The position numbers were made by a program, and so were the translations under genes. Under the pieces are notes generated by a model. The model did not search any database. It had not been told where the DNA came from and saw only the letters and a list, made by a program, of their open reading frames with translations. Shown one piece after another: positions 1 through 11,459 of a stretch of DNA of 64,000 bases. The stretch spans positions 17,424,001 to 17,488,000 of the forward strand of contig CM119372.1 in assembly GCA_051294905.1 (NCBI GenBank). The letters run 5' to 3'. Positions within the stretch are counted from its first letter, which is position 1; each line of letters starts with the position of its first letter. The DNA is from Botryllus schlosseri (lineage: Eukaryota).

Positions 1-1744
1 ACAGGATTAGAAATTTGCAATTGAACTCTCGAATCGAGTTCACATAAACGGTTCACCCGCAACAATGGATGCCTGGTCATCAATCAATGATAAATCATTG
101 TGTTCAACTATAGATAACTAACCTATACGGTAGGTTAGTTATCAATAGTTCAATCAACAACTTGATAATTTATTACGCTAGCGCAGGTCACCGTCATTTC
201 CGGCTAGCAATGGTGAATACCGCTCTGCCATAAATTCTCATCAGCACTTGAAGAAACTGCTCCGCACTGCATAGACGTCATTTCAGCCTGATTTCAAACA
301 CCTTTCGGATCAGGTGGAGATGAACCGTATCACCACACATAAATAAACTTCGTTCGACAGCCTACATTTTATTGTGACGCCATACCTCCATATTTTTGTG
401 TTGTGACTCTTAAGCCAAGATTTTTAATATGCGGCTCGCGCATGAAGCAGGTTGCCCAGAATGCCCACCCTTGCTATATGATATCTCCTAGTAAAGCGTG
501 ATCTCATGGGGATGGCCTAGGCCGTTTTCGAAGCATCTGGGCCATTGCACGTTAAGGTAATATGCCCATTGCCCATTCACATCAGCTGCTTCTCCCTCGA
601 TGGAAAGCTGCTACCATCACCGAAACCGGTTCAGCTAGCGAGTAATAGTGATGTTGGGCCCCGGAGAATAGCTTGTTTCTAAACAATAACAACCAATATT
701 TGAAACTGCAATCCATTTCATCGTTTGAAAACGCGTACTCCTGAAATCTCAAATCGCCGCGTGTTGGTGAGCCCTGCTCTAGGGTTTATCTATTTGTATA
801 ATCTGACTCCAAAGGTGTCGGTGCCTCACCAATCACGAACCTCTCCACACGTCCCTGTACTACGCGTAGACACTAAACACTCACTGGCGTGTTTCAAGCC
901 GGCTTTACGCGAGTCGGGTCTTATTTTGAAAGATAGAATATAATAAAAGTATTTATAACACAGGACTCCGTATATATTCTTCTCTATAAACGTTCGATTG
1001 TTAACACATCAACATATGTGGAGGTCAAGCTGGTACAGCTTCCAAGTTGCGCCGTGTATCTGCCGAACACCTATTCAGCGATCCCTTCCAGTTCTAGGAA
1101 AAAAACAAGACTCCGTGACGGTTGCGTTGCGACATTGTAGAAAAAATAGGCGGGAGGGTTTATATTGTGATTCCTTTTCGAACTATACACCTGATAGATA
1201 TTCTTTTTTGAATATTTAGTAGATATCGTATGTAATTCTTCCACGCCGATAATGGTAATTATTGGTAAAGTGGTCGATTTGGCCAGTCTACGTATCAAAT
1301 CCTGACCTCCCAACCCGACGGCGAACGCATGGGCCAGTCATCACAATACTCTTTTATATTTTCTATATCCAATTTTTCGACTAGGACAATGCTAGGCGAT
1401 CTTTAGATATATGATTGCCACCCGCAAGTTTAAATAAAGTCATGTTGCATTCGGCAAGTGGTCAGCTTAAGAGCCTACCTGGGTCGAAACGGCCGGCAGA
1501 CAGGCGGGACTTAAGGCAATCCACTGATGCTTAGTTTCACGCCGTATCAATTCCTCGGTCATGAATGCCATACGATTCTCTAATACGGACACCGGTTACT
1601 ACAGATATCGTATAGAATAAGTATACATTCAGTTACTTCGCAGTTCCTATGCGAGTTAATGGGAGCCTATAAGCTATATTATATTTCGGTACTATCCCAA
1701 GTCCCAGCGAAAAGACTACTATGTGTTATGTATATGCTACTCAC

Positions 1745-3955
1745 CTTCTTGCAGCTCGGCAATGTCAGATTCAAGGGCACCTACCGCATCACCCTGAATG
1801 ATTTATAAGATATGTTTAAGGACGACAGGCTTCGTGTGGTATAGTTTAAAAGTAGTATCTAGTGCACTATTCGATCAGTCGTTCCATTCTGTGCACTTGG
1901 GGAAGAGACTGGCACAGTGTCCTAAAACTCTAATTGAATACCACGCCATTATGGAAGCAGTGTTGGGATCAAGTAATTAAAGGGGCATTGCCCTCTAAAA
2001 ATCATGTGGTCTCAAATTAAAGGGCAAAACGAAAAAAAATTGGCAGCAGCCGTTTTATTCAGAACACCATCGTAATGGAGCTGCAATTTATTGAAATTTC
2101 AACAAGAACATCGCGCGTCAGCAATCACGCAGAGTTCGAACTTTATATAGTTGTCAATGTTGTCATCCAATGTTATGTAGGAAGTATGTCGTAGTGTCGT
2201 ACACAACAGAAATTGAATACACTAGGCCCGATTTTGACATAAATATCCTGACTGAACATCTTCCGTTGAACGCGGTATCTAAACCACCTTGGCGTGTAGC
2301 CTACGACATATATCCTTCGTAACATCGGCTGACAACTATATAAAGTTCAAACTCTGCGTGACTGCTGGAGCGTGAAGTTCTTGTGGAAATTTCAATAAAT
2401 TGCAGCTCCATTACGGTGGCGTTCTGAAGAAAACGGCTGCTGCCAAATATTTTTCGTTTTGCCCTGCAATTTGAGACCACATCATTTTTAGAATGTAGTG
2501 CCCCTTTAACTTTGAGTCGCAAATCGAGTCAATAAAAACTTCATTGATGTGAAGCCTAATTTTTCTAAGTCACATCAGGCCAGTTTTAAAAGTGACTCGG
2601 GTTGAATTAAGTCATCTCGGGAATCCCGAGTCAATTTCAAGTCATTAAATATTCCCTTTGACTCGCTTGAGTTCACGTGCGAATGCAATACCGCGTCAAT
2701 GTGTTGAACTTTTTTAGACATGTCATTTTAGATCTACTAAGACTATATGAGTCGCAGGTTATGTAGAATAGTAACTCATTTCGTCGCTCGCAGGGTGTAT
2801 CACGAGAGTACAATTCCAGCGACGATTACCAAAACGCTGTAAAGAGGCCCTAACCAAATTTCACTGAAATGGACCAGAACAGTCTCAATTTTGCGGTTAG
2901 TAAGCATCATTATACAGTTCAACTGAATGATAAATGTATGTGTGCGTTTGGTGCCCTATCTCGTAAACGTTGATGCCAACTTACGGATCATTTCACATTT
3001 GTCATGTGTCGAGTTCGAGTCAAGTCAAGTCAAGTCATCTTAGGGTAGTGACTTTGATCAAGTCAAGTCGTCCAAACACGTGACTCGAGCTCCAACTGCC
3101 CCAACACTGCGTGGGATCAGGTTCGACCCCTGGCTATGACGATATGCTATAAGTTAGATGTTTATCTGGACTCCTTGTCACTGTCTGCACTGTAACTGCA
3201 GTGTCTTCAAAATCACCCACTGGCTCAAGGTGAAAATTAGCAATAAAAAGACAACGGCGTTCAGATGTGGAGGAATAACATAGGGGTAAGGAGAGAGAGC
3301 AAGAAAAGGCGTCCCCCCCCGATATAGCGAGCTCTATTAAGTGTTTGCACTTAATAAAATGAATGCCGTGAAGAGCATGATCTTTAGGTATAAAAACACC
3401 ACTACCGTGATGATAATAATGATGATATTAGCAATTATCATTAACATTATGTTATGTAATTTTGCCATATTTATGGGTTTTCGCCTGAATAGGCGAAGAG
3501 CAGTATATTCGCTGAAAGAACTTCGATATTCCGTTTAGAATTCTAGAGGAATGCCAAAATATTATCACATCAGCAGCCAATACTCGTGACAATTCCAAAA
3601 ACTCAAACAACTGACACCAAGTTGACAATAAGATGAAATCAATTCCACTTACCATATCCCCGTAGTATCCCGTAGCACTTATTGAGTGTCCAACAAGAAT
3701 TCCACTGCAAATAAAAGATCATTCCTATAAATATATTGTGACTATGTGTCGCCATCAAATTATGAACTGTTACTTGTATTTGTAGTATTCCCGGATGATG
3801 TTATTGGCGGCACTCATCATTTTATTAGCGGAGGCGCCAATGGGATTGAGGAGGGCTAGTACCTGTTGCTGGGTGGTGCGTTTCGCTGCTCCTTCGACAC
3901 ACTCACACACCAACAGAGTGGCCAGTAAAAACGCTACTACTTTTTTCGACAACAT
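1745..3955 (-). CDS. Styelin-like secreted antimicrobial peptide precursor 1 (spliced; last exon unresolved)
   Basis: Exons 3955-3774 (donor GTAACA, phase 2), 3704-3653 (TTTGCAG acceptor, GTAAGT donor, phase 0) and 1793-1745 (CATTCAG acceptor, GTGAGT donor, phase 1). They give MLSKKVVAFLLATLLVCECVEG|AAKRTTQQQVLALLNPIGASANKMMSAANNIIREYYKYNGILVGHSISATGYY-G-DMGDAVGALESDIAELQE... Exon phases and the YGDM motif match the paralogue at 10207. Confidence 0.8.
1958..3109. mobile_element. hAT-like MITE, family B (CAGTGTTGGG...CCCAACACTG, GACTT/AAGTC subterminal repeats)
   Basis: TIRs and TCAAG repeats are shared with the copies at 19963 and 42232. It sits in an intron of the peptide gene and is interrupted by a TTAA element. 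Confidence 0.7.
1981..2505. mobile_element. Foldback MITE with TTAA TSD (Kolobok-like)
   Basis: TTAA at 1977-1980 and 2506-2509; AGGGGCA...TGCCCCT termini; imperfect inverted arms of ~210 bp. Confidence 0.8.
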
Positions 3956-4230
3956 CGTTGGCTTCGGTCACACATAAAAAGAATATTACATTGTCATTTC
4001 GTAGTATGTAGTAGGCCTATACTGTAAGCCGATATAGAGGAATAGAGCTTCGTACCGTCTTCATTCATTATATCTATTAAATGATCGCTTTTCTACGGAT
4101 GATTTACACGGCAATTACTTTGTCATGATATAAAAGAATCTTCCTGCCACTTACATCTCAAAGCAGTCCCGAAAGCCCTAAAAAGCCGGCAACAAGCTGC
4201 GAATCTATGACTTGAGCAACTCAGTTATTG

Positions 4231-4460
4231 CAAGACACTTACCCCGTCGATTTTCGTCCACAAGTGACTCAGACCAAAATGGAAATTACTCCATCGCGGG
4301 TCGCACGACTGAATTTCGCCTGGCGGATGCGCAAGGATAATTAATTGAATTTCCTGATCTCGTGCCATTCTATATCAGGATGTGGCCTCCTCATTTCCGA
4401 GGACGGGAGTGATGACGCTCGTTTGTTTATGCTTACCGATACAGTGAAAATCCGGCTGTC
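4231..4460. promoter_or_regulatory. Putative promoter/enhancer of peptide gene 1, duplicated at 8355-8580
   Basis: Directly upstream of the minus-strand gene. Motifs retained in both copies: TGACTCA (AP-1) at 4265, ATTTCCG (ETS) at 4393, TGTTTAT (Fox) at 4424, TGAAAATCC (kB-like) at 4445. Confidence 0.45.
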
Positions 4461-4855
4461 GATCGAAATACTCAAAATGACATCTGAGTATTTGGTGTAA
4501 TAATCCAGTGCGTTGTGTTTCATACCATTATCTGAATTCATGCAGCCCTATTATACATATATATATATTTCTTTATACTGCTAATGAATTGGTCACACTA
4601 ACTTGCAATGTAAATGTATTGCTGCGTTGTGCTATACATTCAACTCGTACTCACAGCGCGTCTTCGGCAATTACTACAAGAGCTGAGTGCAATCCTATAG
4701 TGAATCCTATAGTCGAGTATCAATTGTAATGATTCCAGTCGAGTAGTAAGAGTTGCTTTTTAGAGTATCGAAAATTTACGCCTTCGCGTCGAGAGTAATA
4801 TTTTAAAGAAATATAGTTTGAATACTGTGTTTGAATACCGTTGGAGCCTCGAAAC

Positions 4856-6350
4856 CAGAGTTGGATCAATTACCATAGTTCAGTTCAATTACAATTACAA
4901 TTACAATTACTCCCTTGCATGTTTCAATTACATTACAATTACAATTTCTTAATGCTGAAAATATCGAATTACAATTACTGTTAAACATGTAATCAACTAC
5001 AATCACAATTACAATTGCAATTACAATTACTGTTAAACATGTAATTGATTCAGTAGAGAGGTGTTCTTTGACGACCGTAGCGACGTAATTAGCAACAATC
5101 TCAAGCTATTCAGTTTTCATTCATGATAAGTAGAATATTCCTTAATTAAAAGAAAACTCGAACGTATTCGAGCTATTCCTCCTAATCATGAGTACTGAAA
5201 ACTACAAACACAGAAAAATGTTTCAAGCGACTGTTAACAACCAAAAGTTTGAGCGACTAACAGCGAATAGGCTACAGGACAGTCACTGAAATGTAATCAA
5301 ACGATTTGGCTACTCCGAGCTGAGGGAGGATAATGAAATGTAATTGGTGAGGAGTCAGCGATAAGGATGATACCGATAAGATGTGTAAAATTAAAATAAA
5401 TGCATAAGGAAAGAACCTCCTGATAACTACGAATTACAGCATTTTGGTTCGCATTTACATTTTCACTTGCTCGGAAACTGTTAAATTGCATTTGATGAAC
5501 ATTAGGGTGCCAACATTTCTGGCCCCAGTAAATTTGGCCAAGAGTGGAGGCAAGATTGGGATAACATCTCAACAAATGCGTGATCAAGTTTGATGAAGCC
5601 TTTATTGGAAACTTGAATTTATTTTTGCAATTGTTGCAGCAAGCCTCGGTACTGGTCAGAGATTTAAAAATAAAACTATGACTGTGGTGTAGGAAATGGT
5701 TCAGTACAGGTTTCAGAATGTTAGCAATCCTTGCAGATAGTTTGATGGTATGGAAGGTTATGACTGTTGCTGAGAGATTTATCCAATATGAAATTCGGAC
5801 TATACGCAGACTATACGCGCCAAGCGCGGAAAATATTTCAGTTTACCGGAGCTTCGCGCTCCCCTTCAGATGTTTTCACGCCGCCCAAGGGGGGCACGCC
5901 CCCCAGTTTGAGAACCACTGGTTTGGACTATATTGTAATTCACAAAGTTTTCTGTTGCTACTGAAGTATGGGAAACAGTTTAGCGAATTATCTTGCTATA
6001 ACGCGGCACGCATAGAATACCGATGTAAATAGGCTAATTATTTCAGGTGGTGACTGCTGTGTACTAAGTCCTTAAGGCCTTGCGGCCCCTCGTCGTCATC
6101 CTGGTCCGTACCGGATTTTCACTGGTGTGACGAATAAATGGTTGATTGATTGATTATTTTATGTTGTGATTGTCAGGTTTCCACAAAAACTAATTGAAAT
6201 TGTATTTGAGCAAAATTTTTATCACATTACAATTACAATTACAATTACACAAAATAGAAATGCTTCAATTACAATTATAATTACAATTACATGAAAAAAT
6301 GTAATTAATTACATTCCGCTCAATTACAAATTACAATTGATCCAACTCTG
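4856..6350. mobile_element. hAT-like non-autonomous element with (ACAATT)n subterminal arrays
   Basis: TIR CAGAGTTGGATCAATT...AATTGATCCAACTCTG; exact 8-bp TSD CTCGAAAC. Confidence 0.85.
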
Positions 6351-6457
6351 CTCGAAACCCCAGTCATAGCCGTATCTCAGCATTGACAAACATCTTACAG
6401 AAGGCTGGCAGTGTTCAGACCTCGAAATAGTCATGTTCCGAAAACAATCATCTAGCA

Positions 6458-7059
6458 CAGTGTTTCATAAACTTTGTAGGGCTCGTGCCCCTTGAGCTGT
6501 CATGAAATCTTTCTCGTGTCCCCTATCCACGATCGTTACAGCACTTTGTCAAGCCACTCTAAATGCTGATATCGGGTCCTCATAATGTTTCAACACATCT
6601 TTTGTTGATTTCCTGGACAGGAGACATTTCAGCTACTGAAGATATTAATGTCGAAGGTTTAGCCGATGTGTTGTGATTTTAGGGTCCCGATGTTGATCGC
6701 CGCCGGCGGTGCAGCGAAATGCCACTGGTCTTGGCGTGTTCCGGGGTGGAAGTTACGGCCAGCGCCGACATGTCGTAGTGTGACAGTCCATCCCCAGCAG
6801 TTCTGACACCCGTGGACTAAAGAAATATAGCCATCATAAGGCAGCATTCCCTCATATTCGCGAAAAAGTTTAGACTCATCTCTGTGACTTATGTTGTATA
6901 TTTTATTATAAGAAATCCGGCCAATAATATTCCCCCTTAAGCTGATTTGCAAAATAATACAAGTAATTAAATAGCGTAAAATTGCACACTGCATCTCATT
7001 CTCCTAGCTGGGTACTTTGTACCCCAAGGGGTCCGTCGACCCCTGTTTAAGAACAACTG
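6458..7059. mobile_element. hAT-like MITE
   Basis: CAGTGTTTC...AACAACTG termini; exact 8-bp TSD ATCTAGCA. Confidence 0.75.
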
Positions 7060-7628
7060 ATCTAGCATGACGTGGGACTGGGATAATAATTTTACTCGTG
7101 GCCTTACGAATAAACATATTTTAACTTTTTAAGTTTTTTTTTACTGTTATTACATTATAATAGATATAGTACTCGAATAATCGACTTCGAATCGAACCAA
7201 ACATATACTAGATTCTGCCCAGCCCCACCAATTGCTTCGTTAGCAAAAAAGCGTCTTGCGAATGACGGTATTTTCATGAGTAGCCAAATTATGATATGAC
7301 TCCATAAAAACAGTCTGACAGCTGTAAACGTGGACACTGGACATTCCAGTATTCTTTTAGATTTGGCTTATTCACCGCGGCAGCCCGTTTGTGTTTCTAT
7401 TTTTGTACTGTTTTGCTCTCGTCTTACTAGATTACATTATGGTTGAAATGATATGTTGTGCTATATCTATTATGCTATATTTCGTCGTCTTCGTCGCTGT
7501 CATCATCATCAGTATAGCGACATTGATTTCATCCCCCTCACGGTATTGAACAAATGCATCTGCACATTTTTGTCGAAGTGTCTGTCATGTATTATTCACG
7601 ACGGGAGGACCATATACTTAGACGCTAT

Positions 7629-8068
7629 CAGTAACAAAGTGGTTCTACTTTTTGTACTACTCAAGTAAGTTTAGCTTACTTGAACTACTAACCCCTGCGA
7701 TTTTAGACTACTATCACTTCTACTTGAACAGTTATTTAAGCACAACCACTTAATTTTTGAACTGTGGATTTTGAAAAGTAGAAAGTAGTGTGAGGACATG
7801 TTTACATCACTATGTAGGGACATTGCTCATTTTGTGTTAGTCGCGAATATACATCTATAGTAATATCGAAGGTAGCCGCTGCCGATTAATTGTTAAACGT
7901 ATGTAATCCCTCGACCAAATCTACTTGTTGAAATAGCCTACTTACTTTATTCCATGTAGTTCTGGCATATCTTGAAAATTGTTACTTCTTCTAATAGAGT
8001 AGAAATTAACGGGGTGACTTCTACTTCTATACTTGGGTAGCAAAGCTGACTGCTTTGTCCACTTCTGC
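7629..8068. repeat. Old dispersed MITE family rich in AGTAG/CTACT motifs
   Basis: The CAGTAACRAAGT..TTCTACTTTTT..CTCAAGTA head recurs at ~54139 (+), ~53522 (-) and ~58006 (-). Similar decayed blocks lie at ~22300-22750 and ~56100-56390. Confidence 0.55.
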
Positions 8069-8354
8069 ATTTATCATGCTTCATCTCGTTATTCCGTTTC
8101 TAACGGAAGACCTATAAGATATTGTTCACCAGTTTTCGCTGTCCAGACGTTACGGAATTACAAAAATATCTAATAAGGAGAAACTAACGGTACAGTAGAG
8201 AAAGGGGTTTAAATTTTTTTATAAGACAGTGTCCAAGTTAGCTTTTGCGAACCGGACCAAGCTTTCAGTATGAATTGAGTATTCGTTTGTATACTTCCAG
8301 AGTGCCTCATCAAAGCTTGGGAGTCGGCTTTATTCAGTGTTGAAATCTACATAC

Positions 8355-8580
8355 CAAGACACATATCCCGTCAATTTTCGTGCACAAGTGACTCATATGA
8401 ATTTATGTTATTCTATCACGGACCGTCTGACTGATTTTGAACAGGTTGATTCGAAGTGATATCGATTGAATTGGCGGATCCTATGGCATTCTCGTTTAGG
8501 ATATGGCCTCCTCATTTCCGATGGTGGCCGAGAAAACGTGTTTTTGTTTATGAGTATCTAATAAATGAAATTCCAGCTGT
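8355..8580. promoter_or_regulatory. Diverged direct copy of the 4231-4460 block
   Basis: Colinear similarity with CAAGTGACTCA and TGGCCTCCTCATTTCCGA retained exactly; also TGTTTAT and TGAAATTCC. Confidence 0.45.
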
Positions 8581-9654
8581 TTGTTGAGGTAGACTTGGCT
8601 TTATGACAAGAGCACAAATATTCGGTTTTCAATCAATAAAGTGAAGATTATCTCAAATATATTAATTAGTAAATAATATATGTTAGTTCTCCCTTGTTGC
8701 GTCGGATTTCCCACAACAATTCGAATTTGTGGCCTGCTGGCCAACAACAAACTGACTGTTCGGGTATTGATACGCTATGCTTTGTGAACGATGGACCTAC
8801 GATACACTAATATTTACGATGTCAAATAAGTGTGTGAGAAATAGAGTATTTGTGATAACCGACGTAATTTTTCTGTCCATAAAGGCATTGTGGATTGGGT
8901 GACATTTGCATGAACAATGCACATTAAGCAGCCGAGTTATTGTATGATCCAATTGCTTGAAAACCAACACATAAGAGACCCACATCTCTCACCACATTTG
9001 GCGTATTTTCTTCGACAACATTTGTCGTAATACATGTATAGTTATATTCTCCTTGATGCGCTATAACTGTTTGCGTCCAACTTTCTTGGTCCCACCATGC
9101 TAATATTCACACTGTCGAATGTTGTGCCCACGAGTTTGAGCAAATAATTAAACTCGAGAGAGAGTATAGCACGGGCCGGCAACTCCTGAATCCTGATACA
9201 CGAGATCACTTTTCACGGCATCCCAAACGCTTTGACACGCACGTGATTTCTTACCAATTTCAAAAATGCGACATTACTTTCCAAAATGAGCGAACGCCAC
9301 ATTTGCGCGGTTTTACTCGATTGCCTACCATAGTTTTCGCGTCACGATATGCGAGTACACCAAAATACAAGGACAGAGTGTGCCCGAAACTTACTTGCAA
9401 ATCGATATGTTCAACTAGTTCTTGATATTATCGATTTTGGGTTGAGTTACGGGACCGACAATACTAGTCTTCCTACCAATTATTATGTGTACCAACTGAA
9501 TAGCCCGCTGTTTACATTGAGTTCGTATGGAATGGGTGCTATGGTGTCTACTTCCGACGATCTCCCATCAGTATAATGTAAACAGGATAACGATGTACTT
9601 ATCGATTCTTTAGCAGAAAGCTAATCGGTCCTGCGTGCTGGTATAGCTGGCTTG

Positions 9655-9872
9655 TGAGTCATTTGATCAGAGATCTGCAACACGGAGGTGAGATTTGCCG
9701 TTGCTGTTAAACTTTGTCTTGGAACAGTGTGGGTTGATGTGATTGAGCATACGGGCCGTTGTAGCATATCGTGTTCGGTGGAACTTTCCTCGTTTTATTC
9801 GGTTGTATAAGTTCGTGTTGGGCATTGAGTCTTGATTCTCAAATCATTAGCATGACTTAAGACGACGTAAGA
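9655..9872 (+). promoter_or_regulatory. Putative promoter and non-coding first exon of peptide gene 2
   Basis: TGAGTCA at 9655, GGAACTTTCC (kB-like) at 9780, TATAAG at 9806, donor GTAAGA at 9867. An acceptor TTACAG lies just before ATG 10207. Confidence 0.4.
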
Positions 9873-10206
9873 TCTTGTTTACCGTCAGAAACTATAATAA
9901 CTTTGCGGCTTTGAGAAATTCTACAGTACGCTACGACATCTGCATAACACAATATTCGAGTCTACCGTTATACTGTACTAGCAACGAAAGGGGAAACAAT
10001 GGTGTCTCCGTTTGATTTGTTGTGCGTTGGGCAGCGTATCCAGCGACGGTCCGAGAAAAAGTCCATATTTACTGTGTTGGGCATCATGCTAGTAGCGCAT
10101 CTCCTTTCAAATATATTTGACCACAGTTGCTTGAACCGATAGACCTATTTGGTCCTAATGCAGCAATAAATAACACGCTTGACCGTGTGATATTACAGGA
10201 GGGATC

Positions 10207-10715
10207 ATGAATTTCAAAGCTGTGGCTGTAGTGCTTCTGATAGCTTGCCTCGTGATCGAGGACTGCCATGGTACGTACCAATTTGGGGGCCAAAAGAATT
10301 CTGCTGCGCTAAAGAAGAAACTACTTGGACATTTGAACAAGATCTTAAAACTTTCCGCCTCCATCGAGTCAAATGCCAACAAAGTCATCTCAAACTACAA
10401 TCGCTTGAAGTGAGTAAGTAGTTGGTTAGTATGTATAACTGTAGCTAAATCGACCGTGTCTTGATATTAAGAACCTACTTTCTGTCCAACAAAGTCACGA
10501 TTACCGGATTCATTTATGGTGACATGGTAGGCATGATATATCTTTTTACAGCTTTTCGGGGATTATTGATTCTTTCTTTTTATTTAGGACAGGGCTATTG
10601 ATGAAATGGCACAAATCACGGATAAATCAGGTATGGAATCAATTAAAGTAGGACTAACTTTCGCTTCAATATTAACGTCGAGCCAGGTGGAATATTCAAA
10701 ACAATGCTATCGTAA
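10207..10715 (+). CDS. Styelin-like secreted antimicrobial peptide precursor 2
   Basis: Exons 10207-10409, 10472-10526, 10588-10630 and probably 10687-10715 (GACTAAC branch site upstream). They give MNFKAVAVVLLIACLVIEDCHG|TYQFGGQKNSAALKKKLLGHLNKILKLSASIESNANKVISNYNRLKTYFLSNKVTITGFIY-G-DMDRAIDEMAQITDKSGGIFKTMLS*. Introns are 62, 61 and 56 nt; AATAAA at ~10903. Confidence 0.82.
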
Positions 10716-11459
10716 TTCTGAAATGATCGGTTGAAAAGTATGGATCCAGACATCGGGATTATGACAACACAAAGAACCACTCTGGCATGTTGATGACGAA
10801 AAGTTATCCATATTTTTCCGTTACGCCGTTTTTGACAATATATGAGACCGTGTGAGGCAACATGCGAGTGTCAAATCGAGCCCCATAACCTCAACGTACC
10901 AGAATAAATGTTACTTTCAAACAAACTATGTGAGACATAATAGATCGTACAAGATAGCCGTCATCCAAAGTTTGGTCAGTTCTTTCAAAGTAAACAAAGG
11001 AGATGTCAATTCATAAAATGAATGGTTAGTGTCATATTCAAGTACCGCTACCAGAAACGATATCCAATCTCTAATCCTATCCCGTACGACAAAGCAGTCA
11101 GCACTCAGCATCCTCTCGGTAGTGAACATTCTGAACAGTTCTGTAATCCTTGTAGCGTCTGGGCATTCACAACTATGTGTGAAATTCTGCCACTTTTCTT
11201 TCAGCAACGGAGTAAAGAGATGAGGAAAATATGATCCACCTGGCGCAGTTTGAAATTTAGAAGATACTTCGATGAAACGTGTGCAGATGTGTTTGTTCGA
11301 TACTATATGGGATGAAAATAAACAGAGTCCCTGTGTTGATGAATTATGAGTATATGGTGATTGAAAATAGCATCGAGACATATGGTTCAATGTACCATTT
11401 CTACACTGATAACAAAATTATAGAATAGTAAACGAAAAGCTTACCACTGTAGTGAGAAG

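Noticed and set aside
998..1600. Candidate terminal exons for peptide gene 1 (e.g. ENRMAFMTEELIRRE..., GTAK*, VTGVRIRE...)
   Set aside because: Several phase-compatible acceptors exist and I cannot choose between them without transcripts.
4880..6340. CRISPR-like or telomeric arrays (ACAATT, GACTT, GAACCT repeats)
   Set aside because: These are subterminal repeats of TIR elements bounded by 8-bp TSDs; there are no unique spacers and the context is eukaryotic.
3341..7668. Weak inverted similarity between ~3340-3600 and ~7270-7560 with hydrophobic ORFs
   Set aside because: Short, AT-rich, low-complexity matches; not convincing by eye.
3770..10413. LIF/CNTF (IL-6 family) cytokine reading of the two secreted ORFs, based on a helix-A-like ...SANxxIxxY segment
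   Set aside because: The spliced products appear too short for a four-helix bundle and continue into G-DM plus an acidic propiece, which fits styelin precursors much better.
10926..11390. 154-aa minus ORF and overlapping plus ORFs
   Set aside because: No recognisable motifs or splice context; they lie beyond the likely polyA signal of peptide gene 2.
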